From NCBI RefSeq assembly GCF_001194135.2, contig NC_068987.1, forward strand, positions 48,807,287 to 48,871,286: 64,000 nucleotides of DNA. Direction: 5' to 3'. Of this stretch, positions 51,692 to 64,000 are shown piece after piece (the stretch's first letter is position 1; each line of letters opens with the position of its first letter). The translations under genes and the position numbers were made by a program. The notes beneath the pieces are model-generated. The model worked only from the letters and a program-made list of their open reading frames with translations, ran no database searches and was not told where the DNA came from. Source of the stretch: Octopus bimaculoides (lineage: Eukaryota).

Positions 51692-53981
51692 GTGAAGTGC
51701 AGATTGGATAACCAAACAGGTGCAATATCTCTGAATTTCATTTTGGACATTAATATATCTATCTTAACCAAGCTTCAAACTGCCTGCTTTGACTGGAATA
51801 AAGCAGACTGGAACTCTTATCGTACCGAGCTGCGACGCCCAAACTGGTTTGAATTTTATGTCTATGGAGATGTGAACACTATAATTCAGAACATTCTGAA
51901 TTCAATATGGATGGTATGTGCAGCATCGGTACCACGCAAGCACAAAAAACCACTCAATAGTGCAATTTGGGAGACTGCTGCAGTCCGACTTGCCAGGAAA
52001 GAACGTCATAATGCTGAACAGGAATACAAAATGCACAAATCAGAATCAGAGATTAACAGGAAAAAATGCAATAGATCATCCAACCATCTCAAGCAGGTGA
52101 AAAAAAGGCAGTACTTGAATTCAAACAGTGCATAGCAACCAACCCTGACAGCAAAGTGTTCTGGAGGTATGTACATTCAAAGCAGAGAACTCACACTCCA
52201 GTTGGTCCCCTTCGCAATCCCCACACAGTCCAGATTACTGACAATCCCAAAGAATGTGCAGAAATTATTGCTGGATGCTATGCAGGTATCTTTACTGTCG
52301 AAAAGCAAAATGTTCCATCTCCATCACCTCTGACATCGGACTCTATAACTACTATGAAATTTACACCAACAATGCTACAATGCCACCTTAAGAAATGTAA
52401 CTATGCCTCTTCTGGTCTCGATGATGTTACATAGCTACTTCTCAAACGTGGTTGGTGCTTTCTTCTGATCCAACTTTCACTATTCGTTCAATTCTGTCTT
52501 GACAATGGTGATACTCCAGAGCAGTGGAAAACTGCCAGTGTTATCCCTCTGTTCAAAAAAAGGTGACTGCACATCGCCTGTCAACTATCGCCCCGTCAGT
52601 CTTACTAGCTGCATCGCCAAACTGATAGAATATTGTGTCAGAGAAACCCTCTGGAACTTCTGGAAGTTTCACAGCCTCATCCAGCCATCACAATTTGGAT
52701 TTATTCCTAACTTCAGCTGCTGTAATCAATTCACTGAGTTTTTTGAGGACATTACCTGAATCACTGATGGCGGCTCCTGGGTGGATGTTGTTTACCTTGA
52801 CTTTGCTAAGGCTTTTAATTCTGTGCCACACAAAAGACTTATCGTGAAACTCTCTGCAATGGGTGTAAGAGATGATCTCTATAACTGGTTGAAGTCCTTT
52901 ATTATTGGCCAAAAAGAGGTTGTCACAGTTCTAGGACAGCACTCTTCACCCTATGAGATGACATCTGGTGTACCACAGGGATCTGTTCTTGGCCCCCTTC
53001 TATTTGTTGCATATATTAATGATATAGATGCCAACTTAAAGAATATGCCACAGTGCTGAAATATGCAGATGACATCAAGCTGTACCTCGAAATAAAAAGG
53101 ACAGATCCTGTACACTATAGATCTTTATTGCAATCAGACCTGGACACGATCCAGCAATGGATCATGGACTGGCAACTCAAGATGGCTGTGGACAAATGTA
53201 CCACCATGCATTTTAGGAGGAAAAACCCAGTGTCTATTTACTCCCTCCACAACACTAATCTCAAAAAGTCTTCTTGTGAACGTGACCTGGGCATTATTGT
53301 TGACAGCAATTTATGTTGGACAAAACACATTGCTAAAATTGCCAAGAAGGCTGAGGGTGTCTTGGCATCACTTACCAAGTCCTTTGTGAGCTGCTCTCAG
53401 GCTATCTATCTGAGGCTTTATATAGCTATGGTGTGGCCTCACCTGGAATTTGCATCTCTGGTCTGAAACCGTTCAGCGGTATGCAACCAAGAGAATACCA
53501 TCCATCAGGCATTTGCTATATTCTGAAAGCCTTACTTCCCTGGGCATGGATACATCGAAACTCCTACGTCTGGCAGACACCAATAAAATTATTACCCATC
53601 TTACTAACAATAACTCTGAGCACCTTTTCAAATTCCACCTGTCTAACACCCATGGACATGTTTACAAAGTCAGAAAACAGCACAGCTCCTATGACTTTTG
53701 TAAACACTTTTTCATGCTAAGAGTTGCTGAAGTATGGAACAAACTGCCAGCATCAGTTGTTAGTTGTTGGAGCACTGCATCCTTCAAAACTTCCATGATT
53801 CCTGAGATTCGCCAACACTATACCTGATTTTCTCCCCTCCATACACACACAAGCATGTATCTGACTCGTACACTGTTCACTTTCCAGACATTTGTACATT
53901 ACAGCATAGGCTTTATACGCACTTTTGACAAGTTGTAGTGCACCTGAGCACTGTATACAGTAATTTCATTATTATTATTAT
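51692..53981 (+). mobile_element. CR1-type LINE ORF2 remnant, antisense to the host gene
   Basis: FDWNKADW, NYRPVSLTS, YLDFAKAFNSVPH, SGVPQGSVLGPLLF, KYADD, ERDLGI; frameshifts and stops; (ATT)n tail. Confidence 0.93.
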
Positions 53982-54616
53982 TTATATCCTATTTCTTCTT
54001 TTGTTAGGCTTTCAGAAAAATATAACTTATTTGAAATTCAGAAATGTACTTGTCTGGCAAGTGATTTGATCTGAGATTGTGTGTTGAAACTAAAGCAATT
54101 ACACAATGAAAACCATATTAATCATTCAAAAACACAAAAACTGTTCACTTCACTCATTATTGGATGTCAAAATTTTTATTGCACGATCTGCTATCTAATC
54201 ATAGTTAGCAGTGTGAGGAAAATTTTGATATGAAATAATGATCAAGTGTAGTTAACAGTTTTTATTGTTTTTCAATGGTTAACATGTGTGTTTCATACTA
54301 TAATAGCGTATTTGAAATTTGAAAGAATTTTTCTAAGATGGTGTCAGTCTAGGAACTTGGTATAAATCAACAACAGAAAACTGCTCAAAGCTTGTGCTAC
54401 AGAATGATGATTTGGAATATTTTGGTTCTAGTACTAGTAAAATGGGAAAGTAATGTGTAGCTTTCATAATACTTCCATGAAAATGTAGAGAACAAGTGGA
54501 AACAAATTTGTTCTGGTCATTTTGACAAAAATGCTAACTTGGTTAATTATATACAATGTTTGCATAAAATGTTATTGGATATATGCCTCCACAAGTTTAT
54601 GGAGAAAAAATGTGGT

Positions 54617-54648
<32 letters not shown>

Positions 54649-54803
54649 TAAAGAGAGAGAGAGGAGAATTACTATCATTTCTTGTTTCAAACTTATCAAA
54701 TTGTAATAAATATTTCCTTTAATATATCAAATCAGGAATTTTGCAGGTAAATTGATGGAGAAAGAAAAAAAGCCTTGGGATATGGCTTGATATCACACCT
54801 TAC

Positions 54804-54940
54804 CTTGACCACTGTCCATCAAGCCTTGTAATAATTTGAAAGACCTTGACTGCTGTGTAGAAGTGGGGCGGTCTTCCTCAGCTTCTGTATATTTGTTAAG
54901 AGAGGGCTGAAAAACTGTTGGTGGAGGTGGAAAGGTTTCC
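54804..54940 (-). CDS. Zasp: PDZ-LIM exon carrying a QSRSFKLLQ (ALP/Zasp-type) motif
   Basis: cag|G GAA ACC...CAA G|gtaagg; 137 nt, phase 2 to 1; ETFPPPPTVFQPSLNKYTEAEEDRPTSTQQSRSFKLLQGLMDSGQ. Confidence 0.9.
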
Positions 54941-55914
54941 CTGTACATTGAAATATACACATAGGATAAAAACCAAGAACTGAACACACAACACAGAGTT
55001 GGAAGAGACAGAATAAGATGTGATAAGTAAATAGTTTCACATGCATTGTGAAACAAATGTAAGATCAATGAAAACAAAAATAAAACAAATTGTCAGTGGG
55101 TTTTGACATGCTCTTCAATAAATTTTGTAAATTTCATCAACTTCAAACAAATCTAATAAGAACATGACATGCTTTTATTGAGAACCATGAGAAAAACTTA
55201 AACAAATTACAAAAATAAATTTTTTTACTTTAAATGTTTTAAAAGAAAAAAACAAAAAAAGAGAAAACGGTAAATATTAAAAAATTAAATCTATAATGAA
55301 TGATAGATTATAAGAACTTCAGACTAAGTAAACAAAATATTGAACATGTGAATTCTGTGCATCTTTTTCTTTAAATTTCTTTAATTTCAATTTTAAATTT
55401 CTAATCCTGTACTGAATTATGGTAAAATGATTATCTCCCTTGTAATAGCTGTAACCACATCTGGATTTCATTTCTAAAGGAACATTAAGTGAGTTATAGA
55501 TGACCCAATTAAAATAACCCAATCATACATGTTTAAATTGGTTTTCAGTTATACTTTGACAATCCATAATACAAATATTGATTGTATAAAATTTTTAGAA
55601 TTTGCCTCCTTAATTTTTATCATTATATCATTCTACATTAACTCTTTTGTTATCATTATTACTGTTGAAATACTCTGCTTTTGTTGCAATTAATTTTGAA
55701 AATAATGAAGAACTTAGTAAAAATAATTTTGTCATAGTTAAGCTGATGTTTGGAACATAAATTAACATGAAATTTTGATGGAAAGTTTTAATGTAGATCA
55801 TTTTAAAACAGGAAGTTTCTATCATAGAACAGACAATTCTAGACATTCTTAATATATTTTCCTTGTTACCTAAGATCATCTGAATTTGTTGTTCATTTGA
55901 TCTTCAAGGCTTAC

Positions 55915-56075
55915 ATCATGCTATACCTATCACGACTCCTGTTTTAGCTCTCTTCTAACTATAGTATGGAAACAGCCCACAGTGCTCACATTTCATTTCT
56001 GTGCAGTAACTGTTAGGTCTGCACCTTTGCAGAAACTCTCTCAGACTCTGATATCAGTTTGAGTAAATATGCTCT
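55915..56075 (-). CDS. Zasp: Candidate alternative first exon (ATG AT|gtaagc) giving a PDZ-less isoform
   Basis: Consensus donor, ATG with A at -3, in-frame TAA upstream, phase 2 matches the 54940 acceptor giving MMETFPPP. The 5' boundary is a guess. Confidence 0.5.
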
Positions 56076-56791
56076 GAATAAATTATAGCGTAAGTAAGTG
56101 ACTAGCAGCTTTCCTAGAGGGGACTTATTTACAGTACATTAAAGAATAAAATTCATTAAAACAAAGAATTTTGGTAGTTTGTTAAATATTGCATTCTGCA
56201 CAATCCCCACTATTTCTTTTTTAACAAAACTAACATGATCACTTTTGTGTAGAACACAATATCAGAAGGATTTTTAACCCAGTTGCATCCACATCTTTTT
56301 TTTCCCTTTACTTTTCTTAAGAAAAAGAGTTTATTACTAAATTCTGGTTTGGTATGTTATTAGTTTAAAAATATCAATGTTTTCAAAATAACAATGACAT
56401 GTAAATGAGATGAAAGCATGCTGAATATTAAGATATCATGCACATATAAAAAAAGAGGTCCTTCACACATTTTGGAATTTACCTCTCCCATATTATATCA
56501 ACTTCCTTCAACAATAAAAATAAAACTACCGTGGCTAATCTATAGCCATTAGAAAGAAATGTAAAAAGAAAGGAGCAAAAAGGAAGAAAATTTAGTGGAA
56601 ACTTCCCGGGGTAAGTCTTGCCTGTCTGTCATTCTATCTATCTATAATATGGGAGTTTAGTTCACTGGTAATCTAAACCAATAGGTGGATAAGTGTTATA
56701 ACAAATTATCTGGGTTCCAAGCTCGTAATTGAGACGAGAGCTATGGATCCATTTTAGGCTTCCGATTTAGCAGATATATATAAATACATAC

Positions 56792-56870
<79 letters not shown>

Positions 56871-56899
56871 TATATATATCTCTCGCTATATATATATAT

Positions 56900-56951
<52 letters not shown>

Positions 56952-56964
56952 ATATATATATACA

Positions 56965-57150
56965 TACATATATTCGCCATGATAGATCGCTAGCCACTAC
57001 ACATTCTTTATTTTCTCTCCTTGTTTCTTTCTGTGGAAGTGCGTAGGCTCGAAATGTTAAAGACTTTTTCACTTCCTGAGCGTTAAACTAATACATCTGT
57101 TTGTTGTCTACACCACCTGTCTTCGTCTTTTGTTTTTTTGTGAATTCCCC
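56965..57150 (+). mobile_element. Repeat fragment resembling a Penelope-like element terminus, with degenerate hammerhead-like core
   Basis: TCTTT-CTGTGGA-A-GTGC GTAG GCTC-GAAA-TGTT-AAAGA at 57026-57063, flanked by (AT)/(CA) microsatellites. Confidence 0.35.
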
Positions 57151-57643
57151 TCTACACATATACACACATATATATATATACATACATATATATATATATA
57201 CATATCTATACATCTCTCTCTCTCCCCCTCCCCCCCTCTCTCTCTCTATATATATACTTCTATTTATCTATATATGTACACATTCACTTGCTATTTTCCA
57301 AACATTTAATGTACTTAGCTTAGTTTTTTCGGGCCTACCAATTTTGAGCAATCTCAATTGTAACAGGTCAAAACAGTATCGTAATTTGAAGCTTGACTGA
57401 TGAATAGAGGGCCCTGAATGATCCATCCTGGATTTACCTGTCCGTATGTTTTTATTGTTATCTGTTACGTTCTTATTTCGTTTTATACATACATATATAT
57501 AAGAATGGTGGTACTAGGAGAAGGTAAGGTTATAAATAGTATTGTATAAATATTGGGTTAAAAAGCCCTTTGGAAGGAAAAACTAATAACATGATGAAAT
57601 TAAGTATTAAATAGAAAGGTATTTTATGCATACTATGTACGCA

Positions 57644-57706
<63 letters not shown>

Positions 57707-58639
57707 CATGGTTTATCATGGCATGGGCTACTGCAGAATCAACAGAAATAGCTCTAATTAACTACTTTAGATGATGAATTCTTGATGAATTCTACAATGC
57801 AGAATAAATCAATGATCATTACAGTGTCACATAACTTGATCTGCCCTGAGGCTTTGGTATCCTGTATCTACAAATATAGATGATTAAGGATGGAGTACTT
57901 CAAGCCCTTATCATTAATGTTAGAAATAGCAAATAATAGGGCAGTATAATTACACATTTATTCTGTATCTAAATAATCTATCTCATCAACAAAAATGTAA
58001 TAGCAATAAATCTTCAGAAACCAATTCTTTTTAAATAGTTAAAGGAAAATTTATGAAGAAAATGTTAAGGAAAAGATGTAGTCTTCTATACATAAAAGCA
58101 AAAATTGTAAATAAAAATCTAACTTTCTGTTCCCCCATTAATAATGTATAATCAAAAGCCAAATTATTTCAAATGTTCAGTTATTTCAAAACCTGCTCTG
58201 CCCCACACCAATCTCTTTCAAAAGCAATATGATCACAACTGTCCTGTTCAATTATATTTTGCAGTAGGTTTAGTATTATAATTCTAACACTTTTTCTAAA
58301 AATCATATTAAACATTTTAATTTTGCAATTTTCTAACAGAATATATATTTTCAGACCCATGAAGATTATGATGGGAAATATTCTGTGAGGATTTCATTTA
58401 CTTGGTTCTGCACTTTAATTATGTTATTCTTTATCATCTATAGCTGTCACCCATGAACAAGTCTGACTCAGTAACATGTACCATGCTTTTCCTAATTTTC
58501 TTAGGTGCCTATGTAGTCATGAGCAGACATACACTTTCTTAGCCCTCTTCCTACCCTCAGCCCAATGGAACATCCAAGATGTGAAAACTGGAAGGAGAAA
58601 GAGGGCTGCAACAGCAATTAGTTGGCACTTATTTCACCT

Positions 58640-58770
58640 ATTTATGTCAGTAGACTGGAGCAATGTGAAATGAAGGATCTTGTTCAAGGACACAATGCAC
58701 CACTCTCTCAAGGAACCAAACCCATAATCGTAAGATTGTGAATTGAACCCTCTAACCATTAAGCCAGATG
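58640..58770 (-). mobile_element. Degenerate tRNA-derived SINE head
   Basis: cttgttcaaggacacaatgc...ctctaaccattaagcc; similar reversed heads at 5730-5850, 51010-51125 and 62490-62600. Confidence 0.55.
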
Positions 58771-61362
58771 ATAAAAAGAAACTTATCCTATATACCTTGC
58801 CAGTATTGGCATTATGATTTTGCAATGGCTTTTCCTTCTGCTACATATTGTAGCAATTATTATCATTTGATTTTAATATAATGCCATCTTCTTAGAAACA
58901 CTGTATTTGATATTTTCTTCTGTCTGAATGGATAGAATATTGGACTACTAGTACCACTCATCCAACAGTTATAAAGTCATATCTCATTGTAGGTTTGTAG
59001 TTTATCTAAGCCTAAACAGTTTTTAGATTGTTTCAGTTGACTATTGTCCAGTTTGAGGGGAGAGGCTGTCCTTTCAGATGTTTAATTCTACAGAAACAGG
59101 GATTAAAGTAGGAATTATTAATGTTTTGGACAAAAGATTGATTTTAAAATGCTTAAGTTAAAAAATATATGGAAAATTAAATTTGTAAGCTACTGACTAA
59201 AAGAAACAATATTCAATCAATATAGCCATGTTGGTTATTGATATAAGTAGTAGAGAGAGAGATATTTGAGGGAAATAAGGCAATCATCTTTGCAAGTCAA
59301 TCAACTGCATAGAAGTTTCTCTAACAGAAAGCTAAATTTAATTCCTTGTAATTTAAAATATATCTGTAAATAACTACAACAGTATCATAAAAGAAACTAT
59401 GGAAGTAAAAGGAATGAAAGGTTATGTTTAAAGTTATTCTATATAACATGCCATAGAATATATATTTTTAATTAAAAAAATATCTTATTAGCTACTTTGA
59501 AATAAAAATGTTAATTTTGTTTTTCTAAAGAAATTAATTTTAATTTAACTAAGTTATTGCCAACTACAGTACTGAAATGCATATCAAAGAATTTTGGAAG
59601 TCACATGTAGAGAAAATGAGAGTAAAAGTCAAAAGAAATACATTTAAATTTAAGCAATATAAAACATTTTGTTTCTCATTTAAAATAACAATAAAGATAT
59701 ACTACTGATTCATAATAAAGTATAGTAGCTTAATATTGAAATATATAGATGACAGTGTTACTTATAAGTTTCAACAGACGTGTGTATGTCCGTCTCTAAG
59801 AGGGTGCACAGGATGGTATTGCCCCATCACTATTCAATGGTGCACCCTCAGATTTATTCCACTTTAGTAACTGCAGTTTAACATTATTACAAATTAGTGC
59901 CTACCCAGAATATTCTGAAGCACCCCCAGGCACTAAAGTCTAGCAACAGGCTTGTGTATGTGTACAGTAAACAATTATTGTCAAGCCAATAAGGTATATG
60001 ATATAATAAATCTGTTGTGCTTTAATAATGTCTCAAAAGTATCTTATTTTTTTTAATGCTACCAGAATGTTAAAATTTTGAATAAATATTTATTTTGTTT
60101 TCTTTATATGACATGAATACATTGGTTCATGTTATGGGTGCCAATTTTCCTGTACAGATTATATAATCACAGATAAGTGTTGTACAGATTTCTTACATAT
60201 AAAAAAAAAACTATTCCTGAAAATTTAATCAACCTTATAAACTATATATCATTTATATTAGTTCTTAGATTGAATTTATAAAAAAATTGTTAATTTAAAA
60301 TGGACTGAGCCTTTATCATTTCTCTTAGACTTCATGGCTGATTAGTGAGAACTTAAGTTTCAAGTTAAATGTCTATAGTAGATCAATGAATCTACTCAAT
60401 CATATTTTATTATGACATATTCAGAATGGACATGATGTAAACTACAATCAGAAATACCACTAGAGTGTTAGAATGAATTTCTTCCTCAAACAATATCACT
60501 AAAAATGCATATATATAACCTTTCATTTATGTCAGCTCACTATTATATATGTAAGCATAATTTCATGCATAAAATATGAATGTCTTTCAATTAAACTTAA
60601 GATCACATACTTTTGGGGATATAATACAATTCTATATAATATATCCAACTATGGAGTCAACTTCACCATATTACTCATATTGATTTATCTTGGAAGGATG
60701 AAAATAAAGTTGATGCTAGTAAGATTTCAACTGAAAACCTAGAGCAATGGAATTACATATGTAATATATTTAATCAGATGTATGACTCTTTCTGCTAACT
60801 TAAAGCAATTGATATAAAAAATATAGAATAGTCACTGAAAATGGCCCTAAGAATAGAAACATATTCTTAGTTAATAACATTCAGAAAACATATAAGAGTT
60901 TATTTTGGAAAGGTAGAAAAATGATGTATATTCAAAATAATGAAGAAAGGAATTAATATTGGTTCCTCTCAAGAAAGGGTTTAATCTATAAACATTAACT
61001 TACACCCTTGAAAAAAAAAACAAAAAAACAGACAGTAAAATCTGATACTTTCAAAATCTTTCTAAATGATAAGATAATCTAGAATAATTATCCATCCAAT
61101 GGTGAAAATTCTTATCTTATTTCATTGTTAGAATTTTCCATTTGTTTAAGCTTTGATTTTCTTTTGTACCTTCTCCCATTAATCAATCAAATATTAAAAA
61201 AAAAATCTTAATATACTTAATCCAGTTAGCAACATTGAAAAAGGTTGATATATATAAACATAATTCTGCAGAGCTAAAAAACCCAGATATTCTACTGAAG
61301 AAGGAAGTTAAGTTGATGGACATAGGCAATTCCTGATGATTTTGGAAAAATGAAATACTTAC

Positions 61363-61427
61363 CCACTTCCATGAGAAAATCCAGAGTGTTGGCCTGCTGG
61401 AAATGGCCGGGCGACAGCATTGAAGTT
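61363..61427 (-). CDS. Zasp: Zasp/Enigma-family PDZ-LIM gene, first exon seen in window (post-PDZ linker)
   Basis: tag|AAC...GTGG|gtaagt; 65 nt, phase 0 to 2, reads NFNAVARPFPAGQHSGFSHGS(G); phase fits the next exon. Confidence 0.75.
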
Positions 61428-61506
61428 CTAGATGAGGTAAAAGAAGAAAAAATAGAAATTAAATACTGATTACTGTATAAATCTTTTCATCAGAAGAGAT
61501 TTAAAT

Positions 61507-61905
61507 AATGAATATAAACAAATTGACATATTCACTTGGTACAAGAATATTGTGAACTTGTATTACTGGTAACAAATTGGAACAGCTATCAATAATATTT
61601 AACCAACAACCATTACCTTACTAATCCCACTTGAATGAATATATACAAATTGATACATTCACTTGGTACAAGAATATTGTGAACTTGTATTATTGGTAAC
61701 AAATTGGAACAGCTATCAATANNNNNNNNNNATAATATTTAACCAACAACCATTACCTTACTAATCCCACTTGAATGAATATATACAAATTGATACATTC
61801 ACTTGGTACAAGAATATTGTGAACTTGTATTATTGGTAACAAATTGGAACAGCTATCAATAATATTTAACCAACAACCATTACCTTTAATACCAATCCCA
61901 CTTGA
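61507..61905. repeat. 127-bp tandem repeat, 2-3 copies
   Basis: ttcacttggtacaag at 61531, 61658 and 61798; the third copy follows a 10-N gap. Confidence 0.85.
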
Positions 61906-62410
61906 GACCACAGTGGATTCTATGGTTCAAACTTTCTGTTTGAAAGTTATCTAAGCAAGAAAAAAAAAGAAGAAAGACCTCTATCAAAATTTTATGTTAA
62001 TTTATGTTCCAAACTAGCTCAATAGGGACAAAGTTATTTTACTAATTCTTCATTAGTTTCAAAATTACTTGAAACAGTATATTTCAACAGAATTTAAATT
62101 TTATGTTTATTCAGATGTTTCATGGTCACATGGTTTAGTATTAGACTTCTGTTATAATTCCATTCACATCTCAGAAATTTATAGGAATATCAGCACCAAT
62201 GAATCTTAGTGTATGTTATAGTTCATGATTTGTTTTATATATTTGAGTATGGGTTCTGATACAAAAAAAAAAAAGCCAAGTCATCTGCTAATGAGAATGG
62301 CTTTATAACATGTACCATGCTGTCACTAATTGTTTTAGGTGGGTGTGTAGCCATGAGAAGATACAGATACCCTTTTGATTTTCTCATTCTTTGACCTAAC
62401 ATCACATCTA

Positions 62411-62466
<56 letters not shown>

Positions 62467-63005
62467 AAGAGAGAGAGAGAGAGAGAGCAATCACTGGAGT
62501 AATGTCAAAGAAAGTGCCTTGCTGAAGGATACAACATGAGGCTGCTTGTTCCAAGAATTGAACTCACAACATCATGACCACTAGGTCATATGCCTTCACT
62601 AGCTTCTCATATAGATTAGCTGGAGCTGTAATATTTTTAGTGCAGGATAGCTGTGAGAAGAGCCTAGAATGTAATTACTGTTAAAACACAAGGAGAACAA
62701 AAAAATGTTACCAACAAGTACCCAAAACTTATACCTTATTCACAGTTTCCAAACACTCTGTACCACTAAGCCAATATATACACAAACAAGTTGCATGAGT
62801 GATTTCAACAGTGACACACTTGTGCACACACATAGATACACATACACACAAATGAAAGGCAATGTATGTGTGTGTGTTTGCTGTTCACTGACAAAAATTG
62901 TGCTGCATTACTTTTGTGAAGTTTTGTCAGTGAACAGATCGTGGTTTCAAAGCGAAGAAAATATTTTGACACAAATGAAATTTAATGTTGAAGTGAAACT
63001 CGTAC

Positions 63006-63209
63006 TACTTAAATATAGAGGTCCCTCAATGGTACTACTTAAATACAGATGTTACATACACAACATTTTAAATGTATGCTGTGTAAATGTAACTAACCCT
63101 AAAACTAGCTCTAACCTTAACCCTAAAACTAACCCTAACCGTAACCCTAAAAACTAACCCTCCCTTTCATATCGTTACGTAGATGCATCGGGACCTCTGT
63201 ATATAAGTA
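63006..63209. mobile_element. Small element with 20-bp inverted ends and internal (TAACCC)-like array
   Basis: tacttaaatatagaggtccc ... gggacctctgtatataagta; taaccctaaaac units at 63091-63160. Confidence 0.65.
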
Positions 63210-64000
63210 GGGTCATGAAACTAACGGTTTCTGTGTTCTTGAATGGCTTACAAACATCTATTCTGCAATTGTTTTTGTTTCAGTACACAATCTCAGATCA
63301 AGTCACTTGCTATGCAAGTACATCTCCGTAATTTTTAAAAATCATTGTGGATAAATTGCAGCAACGACCTCCTCAGGCTCTCCAATATTTTAATTTCTAA
63401 ACAGAAACAACTGGGGGCAGGGAGTGAGGTTGGAAAAAATTCATAATTTCTCAAATTTTCTTTTTTATAGCATATAAATGTATTTATGGGGAAAACATAT
63501 TGAAAAACATTAATACATGCGAGAGTGATAAAGAAACAGGGAGGGTTGTCTTTGGATATGCTAGAAACAACAGCCACTCACTTTTCCCTCTGGAAATATT
63601 AACAATTTTAAAAAACTTTTTTACCGAAAATGCTCTTCCCATGGTTTTGAAGAGCAAAATAAATTGGCCAAAATAAGTCTGGAGTGGGATGATGAGGGAG
63701 GGGGTGTAAAAAAAAAANNNNNNNNNNNNNNNNNNNNNNNNNNNNNNNNNNNNNNNNNNNNNNNNNNNNNNNNNNNNNNNNNNNNNNNNNNNNNNNNNNN
63801 NNAGTTATGAGGGAATAAGTCAGATCATGTGAATTTTCCAAAACTCTTCTCTCCACCCTGTCAGAAAAATTCTTTCTCATAAATCCCTATATACCCTGAA
63901 GCCACAACATCTAAGTGGTATTTGTAGAAAATTTTGTTGAAACATATCCATTTTTCTGGATGTCATGAGGCAACAAAATTATACATATACATCTGTAGTA

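Noticed and set aside
57391-57430. Second hammerhead-like core CTGATGA...GAAT
   Set aside because: GAAA is broken, stem II has no loop and stem I does not pair.
59798-59930. Short inverted repeats gagggtgcac/gtgcaccctc and ttagtgcc/ggcactaa
   Set aside because: Too short and single-copy in the window to classify.

Overview
AT-rich, microsatellite-dense animal genomic DNA with many N gaps; the repeat landscape best fits an octopus (inference, not confirmed). There are no prokaryotic features and no CRISPR array. The right half (about 32.3-61.4 kb, minus strand) holds the 3' ten exons of a Zasp/Enigma-family PDZ-LIM gene (PDLIM7/LDB3-like). These exons have GT-AG boundaries and matching phases, and splice into 1476 nt (491 aa plus stop) encoding a ZM motif, a proline-rich linker and three C-terminal LIM domains. 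The PDZ exons must lie beyond position 64000. I also see candidate isoform features: a PDZ-less alternative first exon at 55.9 kb, a frame-preserving cassette exon at 41.9-42.1 kb, and weaker terminal or micro-exon candidates. The left half (1-30 kb) has no supportable host coding exon and is a nest of decayed mobile elements: RTE LINE copies, Helitron-like non-autonomous elements, a mariner, TTAA MITEs, several tRNA-derived SINE families and foldback palindromes. A CR1-type LINE, an L1/Tx1 fragment and a degenerate hammerhead-like motif lie in the gene's introns. I found no clearly novel biological system; the best leads are Zasp isoform regulation and the modular retroelement 3' ends.
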